From NCBI GenBank assembly GCA_963812135.1, contig CAWETU010000001.1, positions 1,312,001 to 1,376,000 on the forward strand: a stretch of 64,000 nt of DNA. Reading direction: 5' to 3'. The position numbers were made by a program, and so were the translations under genes. Below the pieces are notes generated by a model. The model saw only the letters and a list, made by a program, of their open reading frames with translations, did not search any database and was not told where the DNA came from. Positions 28,209-38,200 of this stretch are shown in pieces (the first letter of the stretch is position 1; each line of letters starts with the position of its first letter). The stretch is from Vulcanimicrobiota bacterium. GTDB lineage: Bacteria; Vulcanimicrobiota; Vulcanimicrobiia; Eremiobacterales; Eremiobacteraceae.

Positions 28209-29360
28209 TTGACGCCAAGCGTTTCTAAGAACGCAGTCAGATCCGCGATGTCCTTGTCGGTGAGACGCAAGGGCGGCGTGACCGCGACGTGTTGTTTGAT
28301 GTGCCACGCGATGTGGCTCGGCGTGAAGTGCGTGGCCATGTCGCTCAATTCCGGCGCCGTGCCCGCGCCTTGCCCGCCGGCGCCGTGGCATTGAGCGCAA
28401 CTGCGGCCGTAGATCGCTCGACCTGCAGACGGATCGCCGGTCTCGACGCCGGAGAAATACGTGAATCCGCCGGCGTCAAGCGGCGGCTGGTCCACGGGAT
28501 AGACCGGAGGTGGCTGCGCCATCGACATCTGCATCCCTTTCATATTCATGTTCATCCCAGGCATTGATCCGCTCGCCGGCGCGGCATGCGCCTGCGCGAC
28601 TTCGGCAGCGACGGTTCGCCCCGGTGTCAACGTCACGACGTAGGCGACGAGATTCGCGATGTCGGAGTCGCTGAGCGGAAAGGTCGGCATGGGCGGCATG
28701 GGGTGTTTGATTCGCTCGTACAGCTCGTTATACGAGACGCTGCCGGCGATGCCGACGAGCTTCGGTCCGATGCCGCCACCGGCGCCGCCGGCGCCGTGGC
28801 ACGCTGCGCAGTTGTTAGCCGCGAAGAGATGTTCGCCCGCGACCGCGTCTCCGTGGGCGAGCGTCGTGTCGAGCGGCGACATAGGCATGGGCGTGGCGTT
28901 GGGGCCGGCCATGCTCATGCCTTGCATGCCGGGCATGTTCGCCATATCGGACCCCGACATGTTCATGCCCCGCATCTCGCCCAACACCGGGGACGCAAGC
29001 ACATTGCGCCTCGTCCACGGGCCTGCCCACTCGAGCTGTTCGAGATAGTAGGTGAAGTTCGGGCCGAGAAAGCCACCGGACAAGATGCCGAGATTATCGG
29101 TGAACAGTTTCGGCGGCGGCGGGTTGCCCTTCGAGAGATACTGCTCCGACACGACGATCACGTAAAGCCAGTGTTCTCGCGCCGAACGCGAAAACCCCCC
29201 CTAATTGTCCGGCTAGCGCCCGTGCGCTTGGCGAACATCGGAATCGCCTCGGCGGGATGCGGCCGCAGCGCCTGCGCGCCCCATGCGAGCACCGATGCCA
29301 CGATGACGATCAAGATGATAGGAACGAAGGACGAACGTTTCAACGACTCGAGCGTTCGCT
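28205..29360 (-). CDS. Diheme cytochrome c with Met-rich linkers; disrupted N-terminus resembling Cyc2-type proteins
   Basis: CAACH and CAQCH; upstream out-of-frame piece has signal peptide and AIPMFAKRTGAS but no CxxCH; start approximate. Confidence 0.65.
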
Positions 29361-29449
29361 TCGGCGACAGCCGGGCCTCGCGACGCGACAACCGCAGACA
29401 GAGGCGGGAGCGTCGCGCGACGCCGCCGAAACGCGGCACATGCAGGCAT

Positions 29450-29522
29450 GCGGGAGTAGCTCAGTTGGTAGAGCGATAGCTTCCCAAGCTATAGGTCGCG
29501 GGTTCGAGGCCCGTCTCCCGCT
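29450..29522 (+). tRNA. tRNA-Gly(CCC), CCA not encoded
   Basis: GCGGGAG/CTCCCGC stem, atagc-TTCCCAA-gctat, GGTTCGAGGCC. Confidence 0.96.
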
Positions 29523-29528
29523 CGCCGA

Positions 29529-30425
29529 TCACTTCGCCGCCGTAGCCACCGGCGGCACCGAATGCACGTACATCCATAACGCCTTGATCTCCGGGTCCGT
29601 CATCTGCGCGGTTTCTGCCCACGGCATGAACGGATTGATCGTCGTGCCGTCTGGCCGCTTGCCGGCGCGCAGCGCGTGGAAGAAGTCCGCTTCGCTCCAC
29701 GAGCCGATCCCCGCGGGCGTGAGGTTCTGCGCGTCGGGGAAATCGGGCGGCGTGCCCGGCACGTGCCCGCCGGCAAGGTTCGCGCGATGGCAGCCCGTGC
29801 ATCCGCCGATCTGCGCCATGTAACGGCCATATTCCAACGTCACGGCGGCCGGCATGGTTGCGGGTGGTTGGGCGTTCTGGTCGATCGTGTTGGCGTCGGA
29901 TTCCGGCATTTGGCCGACGGCGAGCAACATTCGTCCGAGCGGACGGATATCGGTCGGCGGCAGCGTGCGGTCCACGGGCGCGACCGACTTGGCGTACGCG
30001 ATGATCGAGGCCAAATCCGCGTCGCTCAGACCCGCATACTCGCGCGACGGCATCACGAGCAGACCGTGGCCATCTGGGGCGACGCCGTGGCGGATGGCGC
30101 GCACGTAGTCCGCATCGCTCAACGACCCGCCGACGCCGCCGGCGCCTTTCGTGAGATTGGGCGCGACCACGCGGAAGGGCGGCGCTTCGATAAAGATCGT
30201 GCCGCCAAGGTCGGCGCCATGGCACACGGTGCATTTGGTGATCGCGACCGCGAGGTGCCGGCCGCGCGCGACGCTCGCGGCGTCGCTCGGCACCGAAAGC
30301 GCGAGTGACTGAGGGGCGATGTCGAATTTGCGGTTCAGTTTCAGCGAGCCGATCAAATAGATCGTCGCCGCCACGATGACGATCAAGATGATGATGATTC
30401 CCAGGACGCGAGCAAGCAACGCCAT
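29529..30425 (-). CDS. Membrane-anchored diheme cytochrome c
   Basis: N-terminal TM; CTVCH, APNLT, CTGCH, FMPW. Confidence 0.9.
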   Translation of the reverse strand: MALLARVLGIIIILIVIVAATIYLIGSLKLNRKFDIAPQSLALSVPSDAASVARGRHLAVAITKCTVCHGADLGGTIFIEAPPFRVVAPNLTKGAGGVGGSLSDADYVRAIRHGVAPDGHGLLVMPSREYAGLSDADLASIIAYAKSVAPVDRTLPPTDIRPLGRMLLAVGQMPESDANTIDQNAQPPATMPAAVTLEYGRYMAQIGGCTGCHRANLAGGHVPGTPPDFPDAQNLTPAGIGSWSEADFFHALRAGKRPDGTTINPFMPWAETAQMTDPEIKALWMYVHSVPPVATAAK

Positions 30426-30472
30426 GATGAGCAACCCTCCCCGCCCAGCGCTCGAGGCGGTAGAATCCTTCG

Positions 30473-31447
30473 CTAGGCGCCGGCTTCCTCTGTCGCCGGG
30501 ACATCTCCGCGGGCGAGAATCGCGCGCGCAACGGCTACCAAGCGCTCGCGCAACTCCAGCGGCTCCATGAGCCTGACGCAGTCTCCCCATGCGACCAGCT
30601 GGGGCAGCGCCGCATCCACCGATGGGAAGATGACGCGTGCCTCGATCCAACCGTCGGGCGCAGCGCCGCGGTCCGTGAATTGGACTTCCCAGTAGCCGGT
30701 GACATCCTCGATCGCCGCGGGCGACACGTGCAATCTCACGGCATAGGTGGTCAAGCTTTCCTCGAACCGCGTGCTCCACGATTGCCAAAACGCCGCAAGA
30801 TCAAAGCCGGCAGGCCGTTCGAACGTGCCGCCCTCGACGTCGACCGTGAGGATGCGGTCGCACCGGAAGACGCGCATGTCGTCCTTCGAGCGCGCGACCA
30901 GATACCAGACGCCGGCCTTCGCAACCAGTCCGAGGGGCTCAGCCACGCGCACGGTTTTCTCGCGCTTGCTGTCGCGATAGCCAAGCTTGATGCGCCGGTC
31001 TTCCCAGATCGCGCGCCGAAGCGTCGCCAAGTGTTCGCGCGGCGCAAGCGCCTGTTTCCAGCGGCGGGGATCGAAGAAGATGAGACTGCGGCTGCGCTCG
31101 GCCGTCCGTCTTTGCGGCGCGGGCAGCGCGCCGGCGAGCTTTTCGAGCGCCCTAGCCAGACCTTCGCCAAGGCCGATGTCGGCTAGCGGGTTGGCGGACG
31201 CGATGAACAGCGCCCGGATCTCGTCATCGCCGAACTGCGTGAGCGCCTTGCGGTACCCGTCGGCGAGTCTGATGCCGCCGCCGACTCCGCGTTCGGCATA
31301 CACGGGGATGCCGGCGGAACTGAGCGCGTCCATGTCGCGATGGATGGTGCGCTCGGAAACCTCCAACCGGCCCGCGAGGTCCGCCGCCGTGAGACGGTTG
31401 TTGGCCTGCAGCAAGAGCAAGAGGTTCAGGAGACGGCCGGACTTCAT
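30473..31447 (-). CDS. YafY-family HTH-WYL transcriptional regulator
   Basis: LEVSERTIHRDMDAL, EPLGLV...VWYLVA, FRCDRI. Confidence 0.94.
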   Translation of the reverse strand: MKSGRLLNLLLLLQANNRLTAADLAGRLEVSERTIHRDMDALSSAGIPVYAERGVGGGIRLADGYRKALTQFGDDEIRALFIASANPLADIGLGEGLARALEKLAGALPAPQRRTAERSRSLIFFDPRRWKQALAPREHLATLRRAIWEDRRIKLGYRDSKREKTVRVAEPLGLVAKAGVWYLVARSKDDMRVFRCDRILTVDVEGGTFERPAGFDLAAFWQSWSTRFEESLTTYAVRLHVSPAAIEDVTGYWEVQFTDRGAAPDGWIEARVIFPSVDAALPQLVAWGDCVRLMEPLELRERLVAVARAILARGDVPATEEAGA

Positions 31448-31470
31448 GTTGCAAGCATGCTACACAAATA

Positions 31471-31485
31471 TGACATCAGGTGTCA
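31471..31485. promoter_or_regulatory. TGACA-N5-TGTCA palindrome, probable WYL regulator site
   Basis: tgaca-tcagg-tgtca between divergent WYL and VOC genes. Confidence 0.7.
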
Positions 31486-31548
31486 AGTATTAAGGCGTAC
31501 TATGGCTTTCGTCAGATCACTGTTCGAACGAAAGGACACGTTTCTATC

Positions 31549-31926
31549 ATGGCTATCGCGACCACGCCGGAGATCTCCGGCATCGACGTTCACTGCTATC
31601 TCGTGAAAGAGCCGTCCCGCGCCATCAAATTCTACCGCGATGTCTTAGGTCTGCCGCTCACGCGCGAGCTGGATGGCAACGGCGCCGAGTTCGAGCTGGG
31701 CGACGGCTCGACGTTCGGGCTGTGGCGCATGCAAGACGGGTCATGGCATCCCAACAACGGCGTGATGTTCGCGGTCAAAGACATCGAGCAAGCCGTCGAG
31801 GGCTATTGCAAGCGCGGCGGCAAGCTGGTCGGCGAGATCTTCGACAACGACCACTGCCGGATGGCGATCTGCGAGGACACCGAAGGCAACGGCTTCATCC
31901 TGCACCAGCTGAAGTCGGCGGCTTAA
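31549..31926 (+). CDS. VOC/glyoxalase family protein
   Basis: AIKFYRDVLGL, MFAVKDI, DTEGNGFILHQ. Confidence 0.9.
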   Translation: MAIATTPEISGIDVHCYLVKEPSRAIKFYRDVLGLPLTRELDGNGAEFELGDGSTFGLWRMQDGSWHPNNGVMFAVKDIEQAVEGYCKRGGKLVGEIFDNDHCRMAICEDTEGNGFILHQLKSAA

Positions 31927-32033
31927 GATCATGCGGCGTCATGTCACGCGCCAAAGTCTCGCGCGCATCTTGCACGACCTCACGGCGACCGTGATCGTTC
32001 GAATCCCGTTCTGGTAGAGCCTAGAAAACGCGG

Positions 32034-32072
32034 ACGTGCCGGCGGCATCTGCCGTCGGCACGTTTTTTCTTT
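32034..32072 (+). terminator. Rho-independent terminator
   Basis: acgtgccggcggca-tc-tgccgtcggcacgt followed by a T-run. Confidence 0.75.
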
Positions 32073-32087
32073 TGGAGCGCGAAGCGC

Positions 32088-32762
32088 TTAGCGGAAGAAC
32101 CCGCCGCGGGAGGGCGTGCAATCGTCATGGCCGTGGCCGATCGTGATGCCGCCGAAGGTGCTGTCACCACCGCCGCCGCCCAACGGGCCTGACGGCGCGC
32201 GATCGCTCATCACTTGGCCGGTATGTCCTCGGGTCGGTTCGTACGAGTCGTTCGCCGATGCCGCGACGCTTTGGCCGGTCGTCGGTGCGGTCGCGAGCGT
32301 GTTTGTTGGCGAACCAGTGCCGGCCGTGTATACTTTGGCGGCCTTTGCGGGCTTGATCCGGGGCAGCAAGAGCATGCCCGTGCTGTGCGCGGGTGAGCCG
32401 TGAGCCGGCGCTGCCGCGACGCGCGGTGTCGGGAGCAGCGCGCTGGCGGATGCACTGCGCGCAGTCATGCTCGTATGCGTCGGCCGGGAGACGTCGACTG
32501 GGATCGGCTTTTGAGATTGCACGATGCGCGTGGGTCGGACCACGCTTTGCGGCGTTCGCACCAACGTTTCGATCGTGATGATCTGGCTCTTCACCGGCGT
32601 CGGCTCCGGTGTTCGCGACACTGTGTAGACCAACGCTCCGGACAAGAGCATAAAAACGGCGCTGACGTGCACGATGGTCGACGTGCCGAGACCGAGCGGT
32701 AAATCCCGCCGGTACTCTTCCTTACCTCGTCGTCCTGCGGTGGGGTCTTGTTCGCCGAGCAT
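32088..32762 (-). CDS. Membrane-anchored Pro/Thr-rich hypothetical protein
   Basis: STIVH TM anchor (TonB-like SxxxH), low-complexity stalk, no clear TonB C-domain. Confidence 0.55.
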   Translation of the reverse strand: MLGEQDPTAGRRGKEEYRRDLPLGLGTSTIVHVSAVFMLLSGALVYTVSRTPEPTPVKSQIITIETLVRTPQSVVRPTRIVQSQKPIPVDVSRPTHTSMTARSASASALLPTPRVAAAPAHGSPAHSTGMLLLPRIKPAKAAKVYTAGTGSPTNTLATAPTTGQSVAASANDSYEPTRGHTGQVMSDRAPSGPLGGGGGDSTFGGITIGHGHDDCTPSRGGFFR

Positions 32763-32933
32763 ATGAGCCCCCTGACACCGTCCTGATATGTGGACGTTGA
32801 GCGCGTGTCGGCGATGTGCCTGCCGTTTCTTTCAGCAAAGGCGCTTCCCCACGAATTCCCAGGTTCGGGCGCGCTGGTTGCGAGGCTTGCTTGCTCGACC
32901 CAAGCCCAGGCCAGGTTTCGGCTTTATGAAAGG

Positions 32934-32954
32934 CTGACCGGACACGCCGGTCAG
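32934..32954 (-). promoter_or_regulatory. Putative bacterial SECIS hairpin
   Basis: ctgaccgg-cgtgt-ccggtcag; loop starts 16 nt after UGA. Confidence 0.65.
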
Positions 32955-33175
32955 TGGATGCTTCAGCCGCCCCCGAAGCCGACCGTGACCGCGCCGTCGG
33001 GTGAGACGATGACGGGCACCGTCAACCCGCCGGACAGTTTGCGCATCTCTTCGCGCGCTTTTGGATCCCCTTGCGCGTTGATCTCCCTGAACGGAACGCC
33101 GCGAGCGCGGAAATCCTTCATGGCCGCAGCGCAGTATGGGCAGCCTGGTTTGGTGTAGATCACTGTCGTGTCCAT
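32951..33175 (-). CDS. Glutaredoxin-like selenoprotein (Uxx-star-like): CPYC plus C-terminal Sec
   Basis: IYTKPGCPYC, TVPVI, VGFGGG-TGA(32963-32965)-S-I-H-TGA. Confidence 0.8.
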
Positions 33176-33269
33176 GCGCGCGTGGTTCAACGTAGCAGGC
33201 GGCGACACCCCGGGCTACGGCTCCTGACGTTCCCAAATCTTCGAAACGCTGCTTGTACCTGTGTCCATC

Positions 33270-33386
<117 letters not shown>

Positions 33387-33387
<1 letters not shown>

Positions 33388-33905
33388 TACTTGATGGGCT
33401 GCGGAGAACACTCGCTCAGCGTTTGATACTGAAAGACGACGTTCTCGACCTTCGGGCTCGGATGCTTTATGCTCGTCACCGACACGTTCGACAGCGTAAA
33501 TACTGTTGGAGGTTGCCCGCCGGCCTTGCGCATCGTGATGGCGACGGTTTGGAGCACCATGTGATTCACGACCATGTCGAGAAGATTTGGCGAGGCTGCA
33601 TCGGTCTGCTTGGTGACGGTGATGAAGCCGTGCCCGCCGTGTCCTTCCTGTCTGCCTGGCTGCAACTGCATTGAGGCCGCGCTTGTGCCGGCCGCGATGG
33701 ATTGCGCTTGGAAGTTTGGAACTCCGGGAATGACCACCCTATCGCCCGCGCCCGACGCAGGCACGCACGGGCCGACCGGCATAGCGTGGATCGGTTGGGC
33801 GATGGTGTGGGTTTGTGTGGTGGTCGTCGTGGTCGTCGCGGCAAGCGCCGGAGCTGTGGCGAGAAGCGCCGAAAGCGAACAAAAGACGCCAAGAAACATG
33901 CGCAT
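33387..33905 (-). CDS. Signal-peptide-bearing Hcp (T6SS tube)-like protein
   Basis: ITVTKQTDAASPNL, TMRKAGG, FTLSNVSVTS, ENVVFQY; AAGGAGG RBS. Confidence 0.7.
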
Positions 33906-34001
33906 TATGAAGCCTCCTTGTCTAACAGACGAACGCTTCCGCGACACAATTCGTTTCGCGGCTCATCGCGCCGCGGATCGGCGGCTTCGAGCCGGGCCTC
34001 C

Positions 34002-34613
34002 CTATGGGAGCCGGGTGACGAGTTGTGGGTGCGCCGTATAGCCGGGGTTACCGGGCGAGGTTCCGTGGCTCTGGTTGTCGCTATGATAGACGAGTTCGAT
34101 CGCATCGGCGTGCGTGAGCAGATGCGGCACCGTGACGGTGATCGACGCGCGGCCGTCTTCGCCGGATCGGAACGAGTTCGTGTTGCCGGTGCCGTCGAGC
34201 GGCGTGAAAGTCGCACGGTCGTGGTCGATGTGGCTTTCGAACAGACTGTAGTCGGCGTCCGGGATCAGTCCGTAGAAGGTCGCGCTCACGGTTTCCGCAT
34301 TGGGTCCCGTTGGCGTCACTTCCGCGATGCCGTGCGCGCCGAGCCACTGGACCAGCGACACGCCGAGCTGCGTACCGTCCGCGTTGTACAGCGGCGTCGC
34401 TCCGTCATCGGACAGCATCGCTGGGCGCAGGCCTGCCTCGTGCACGATGTTGAGCGGACCTGCCTCCGACTTCGCGTTCTGCGCCGGCCTGCTCTCCTTG
34501 ACGAAGACGAACGGATCCAGCGGCGTGCCCTGATTGGTCTCCGTCGTGAAGAACGCGCCGTGTGTCATGAAATTAAGCGTTACCGCAGCGAGGAGCGCGA
34601 TTGGTTGCATCAC
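34002..34613 (-). CDS. Exported hypothetical protein
   Basis: Hydrophobic N-terminus; GLIPDADYSLF, PLDGTG, LVYHSD. Confidence 0.65.
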   Translation of the reverse strand: MMQPIALLAAVTLNFMTHGAFFTTETNQGTPLDPFVFVKESRPAQNAKSEAGPLNIVHEAGLRPAMLSDDGATPLYNADGTQLGVSLVQWLGAHGIAEVTPTGPNAETVSATFYGLIPDADYSLFESHIDHDRATFTPLDGTGNTNSFRSGEDGRASITVTVPHLLTHADAIELVYHSDNQSHGTSPGNPGYTAHPQLVTRLP

Positions 34614-35152
34614 GCTTGGCTTTGGACGGGATTACGCGCGACTGCGTTCACTTCAACGGCGCCGTACTTAGCCAGGACGTCATCGACGTCGGCGCGCGCG
34701 AGTGCGCCGGTAGGCAGAGAGATGGAGACGATCGCGCCACCGCCGGTCACGATGCGCTGATATTCGCTCGCATGCGCGGCGCTCACACCCTGATCGATCA
34801 GCAGTCCGGCGATGCCGCCTGCAACGGCGCCGCCAACGGCGGCGCCTGCGCCTGCCGCGAGCGCCGTCGCCAGCGCGCCTCCGCCGACCACGAGTCCCAC
34901 GCCGGGGATGAAGAGACTGGCGAGTACTGCGAGCACACCCAGGCCGGCGCCGATGCCCGCTCCCTTGGCCGCGCCGACGGCCACATCGGTAGCAGTCGTG
35001 GTGGTGATGCCATCGGCTGACTGGGACGTATGGTCGACGTTGCCGACGACGACGCTGATATCTTCGGGCATCGCGCCGCGGTCAAGGAGCGCGCCGGCCG
35101 CTTGCTCCGCTCCGTTCGCGTCTGCAAACGCCGCAAAAACTGTTTCCGCCAT
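34610..35152 (-). CDS. General stress protein with glycine-zipper TM region
   Basis: VFAAF..AEQAAGAL, GAGIGAGLG, IPGVG, GLLIDQGV. Confidence 0.78.
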   Translation of the reverse strand: MAETVFAAFADANGAEQAAGALLDRGAMPEDISVVVGNVDHTSQSADGITTTTATDVAVGAAKGAGIGAGLGVLAVLASLFIPGVGLVVGGGALATALAAGAGAAVGGAVAGGIAGLLIDQGVSAAHASEYQRIVTGGGAIVSISLPTGALARADVDDVLAKYGAVEVNAVARNPVQSQA

Positions 35153-35245
35153 GGCCCGTCCCTTCTGAGTGAGCGCGCAGATGCTGGCATTTGCGTATAC
35201 CCAGATTTTGCATCCGCTCAATCCTCTGGGACGGATCTTTTTCTG

Positions 35246-38200
35246 CTAGGCCGCCTCGTCGCGGATGGCGCGCAGGAACTCGAGCGCGTCCGGCCGGCAG
35301 AACTGCTCGCCGATATAACTCGCGACGAATCGTCCGCCGCGCACCACGCCTTGCAGCTCGAGCCGCCGCAGCGCCATCAACAGGTCCCGCCACGGCGGCG
35401 CGTGCGTCTCGCGCTGGACGACGTCGCGGAACACGATGCCCCAGCGCGCCAGCAGCTGGTGCGCATACGCCTCGAGGTCGGTCTCGGTGCGCACGACCGG
35501 ACGAAGCAGCGCCCACCGCCCGATCGCGTTGCGTGGACGCGACATGTTGTGACGGCCGAGCGCCAAGCGCCGCTTCGGATCGATCAGCGCGCGCAGATTA
35601 TCGAAGCCGTCCGCGGTGACTAGACCCGCCGCCACGAGTTCCCAAAGACCATCCTCGATCTCGCTCGGGAGGCGGCCGGTCGCGCTCACGAGATCGGAGA
35701 AGAACGACGCGCCATGGCGCTCGATCGCGCCACGCACGTCGATCGCCGCAGCGGAAAGCGACGCATCGGACGCGTGGCCGCGGGCGTTCGCTGCGCGCGC
35801 CAGCAGCCAGCCGGCGTCTTGGCGTAAGAAAAGCGAGACCGGCGCGACGCGAGTCGGCCGCACGCGCCGCCCGCGCTGAGCCGGCGCGCTGTCGAACGCC
35901 GGATGCGGCGACAAACGTCCCCACATGACCTCGCCCGACGCGCACAAGCAGTCCAAGTACTCGGGTTTGTAGCGCGCCACACGCGAGCGCAGAACGTCGC
36001 TCTCCCATGCGGATGCGGGGAACTCCAGGCCTTGGAGCTGCTTGATGATCTGCAGCGTGCCGTCCACGCCATGCAGTTGCGTGCCTGGCGCGAGATGCTG
36101 CCACTGCGCCAGAAAGCGCTCGTAGCGCGCGGTGCTCACCGGTTCGATCTCGCGGCGCAGCGTCGCCAGCGTTCGGCCATGGATGCGCGCGAGCACGCGC
36201 CGGTTGCACCACTGCGCTTCGACGCCTGGGTCGAAGCTGCCGCGCAAAACCTGTCCCTGTGTTTCGAGCGCAAGGAGCGCCGCTTCGATCGCCGGTTCGG
36301 GCAGCGCAAGGCGCTGCGCGAGCTCGGCCGCAGTAATCGGCCCGATCGATTCCATCCAGCCGCGCACGATGTCGGCTGCCGCGGTCTCGGCGCCGTCCGC
36401 CGCGTCTGAGCGTCCGTGGGCGGCGCCGAAGACGTCGAGCTTCTCGGCGGGCACCCAGAAATGGTGGCCGTCAACGATTTCGGCGGTGGCGCGGTTGGCC
36501 GCGCGCAGCTCTTCGAAATAGGGAAGCCAGCCATCCGCTTCGGCGACGGGCAGCTGGATCAGCGTGAGCAGCGCATCGTGCAGTTCGTCGGCGCTGCGCA
36601 CGACGGGCCACGATTCGGCCTCGACCGCGCGGATCGCCTCGGGGTCCAAAACGCCTGCGCCGGCGGCGACGTCGCTGCGCAAGGTGTTGCGCAGCTGGAC
36701 GGCGCGGGCTCGGCGTTCCTCAAGCGGCGCATCGTCCAGATACGCGAATGGATTCGCGTTGAGGATCTCGTGCGAGAACTTCGACGGCTCGGCGGTGTCG
36801 ATGGCCACCGTGCGGATCGACCCCTCGCGCATGCCGCGCAGCACATCTTTGAGCCCGTCGAGGTCCATGGCCTCGTGCAGGCAGTCCGCGATGACCTCGT
36901 TGACCAGCGGATGATCTGGGATGCGCACCGGGGCGCCGTCCAAGTTCTCCGGGCACGCCGCTTGATCGGGAAAGACCGCCGCGAGCAGATCGTCCGCGCG
37001 CATGCGCTGGATGTTGGCGGGCACTTTGCGGCCGCCGCGGAAGCGCAACAGCGCCAAGAAGCGCTGCGCGTCCCAGCGCCAGCGCGCGGTGAACATCGGC
37101 GAGGGCAGCATGGCCTGGACGAGCACGTCTTCGACGCTCGCCTCCTTCAAGAAGCCGAATACGGACGCCAGCGGAAATGCGTGCTGGTCGCTGAGCGAGA
37201 TGACGATGCCGTTGTCAGTCGCCGCGGCTTGCAGCTCGAGATTGAACGATCGGCAGAACCGCTTGCGCAGCGCCAAACCCCACGCGCGGTTGATGCGCGC
37301 GCCGAAGGGCGCATGTATGACCAATTGCATGCCGCCGGACTCGTCGAAGAAGCGCTCCGCGACGACGGTTTCGCACGTCGGAATGGCTCCGAGCACAGCG
37401 CGGCCTTCCTTTATATACTGCACGGCCTGCTCGGCTCCAAGGCGGTCGACGCCGCTCTCGCGCCGCAGGTATTCCTGGGCGGCTGCTTCCCCCTCAGCGT
37501 CCACGATCTGTCCGATGCGTTCGCGCAGACGCGATACTTCTTGCGACAACTCGCGCGTGCGGCCGGGCGCTTCGCCCCGCCAAAACGGGATGGTCGGCGG
37601 CGCGCCGTGCGCGTCGTCCACGCGAACGCGCCCCTGCTCGACGCGCCGGATGCGCCACGAGTTCATGCCCAGCAAGAAGATGTCGCCGGCGAGGCTTTCG
37701 ACCGCGAAGTCCTCATCGACCGATCCGACGACAGTGCCATCCGGCTCCGCGACGACGGCGTAGGTCGTCGTGTCCGCGATGGCGCCACCGGATGTGATGG
37801 CCGCGAGCCGCGCGCCGCGTCGGCCGCGGACGCGTCCGTTGATGCGATCGCGATGCAGCAGCGCGCCAGATCGACCGCGCGATGTCGCGATGCCTTCCGA
37901 CAGCATCTCGACAACTGCGTCGAAGTCGCGCCGCGCCAAGTCCCGATAGGGATGCGCAGCGCGGATCAGCGCGTACAGATCGTCCTCGAGCCAGTCGTCC
38001 GCCGCACATGCCGCGACGATCTGCTGAGCAAGAATGTCAAGCGGTTTCTCGGCCGGTTCGAGACGGTCCATCGCGCCCGTCCGGATGGCCTTCACGACGG
38101 CGATGCATTCGAGCAAGTCGTCGCGCGTGTTCGCGATGAGAATGCCTTTGGGGCGTGCGCCGACCCAGTGGCCGGAGCGGCCGATGCGCTGCAGGGCGGT

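Noticed and set aside
16119..29522. Genomic island bounded by tRNA-Phe or tRNA-Gly
   Set aside because: I found no duplicated tRNA 3' end and no integrase in the window
32763..32930. Riboswitch in the leader of 32088-32762
   Set aside because: Could not match a known aptamer consensus by eye; an Rfam cmscan would be needed
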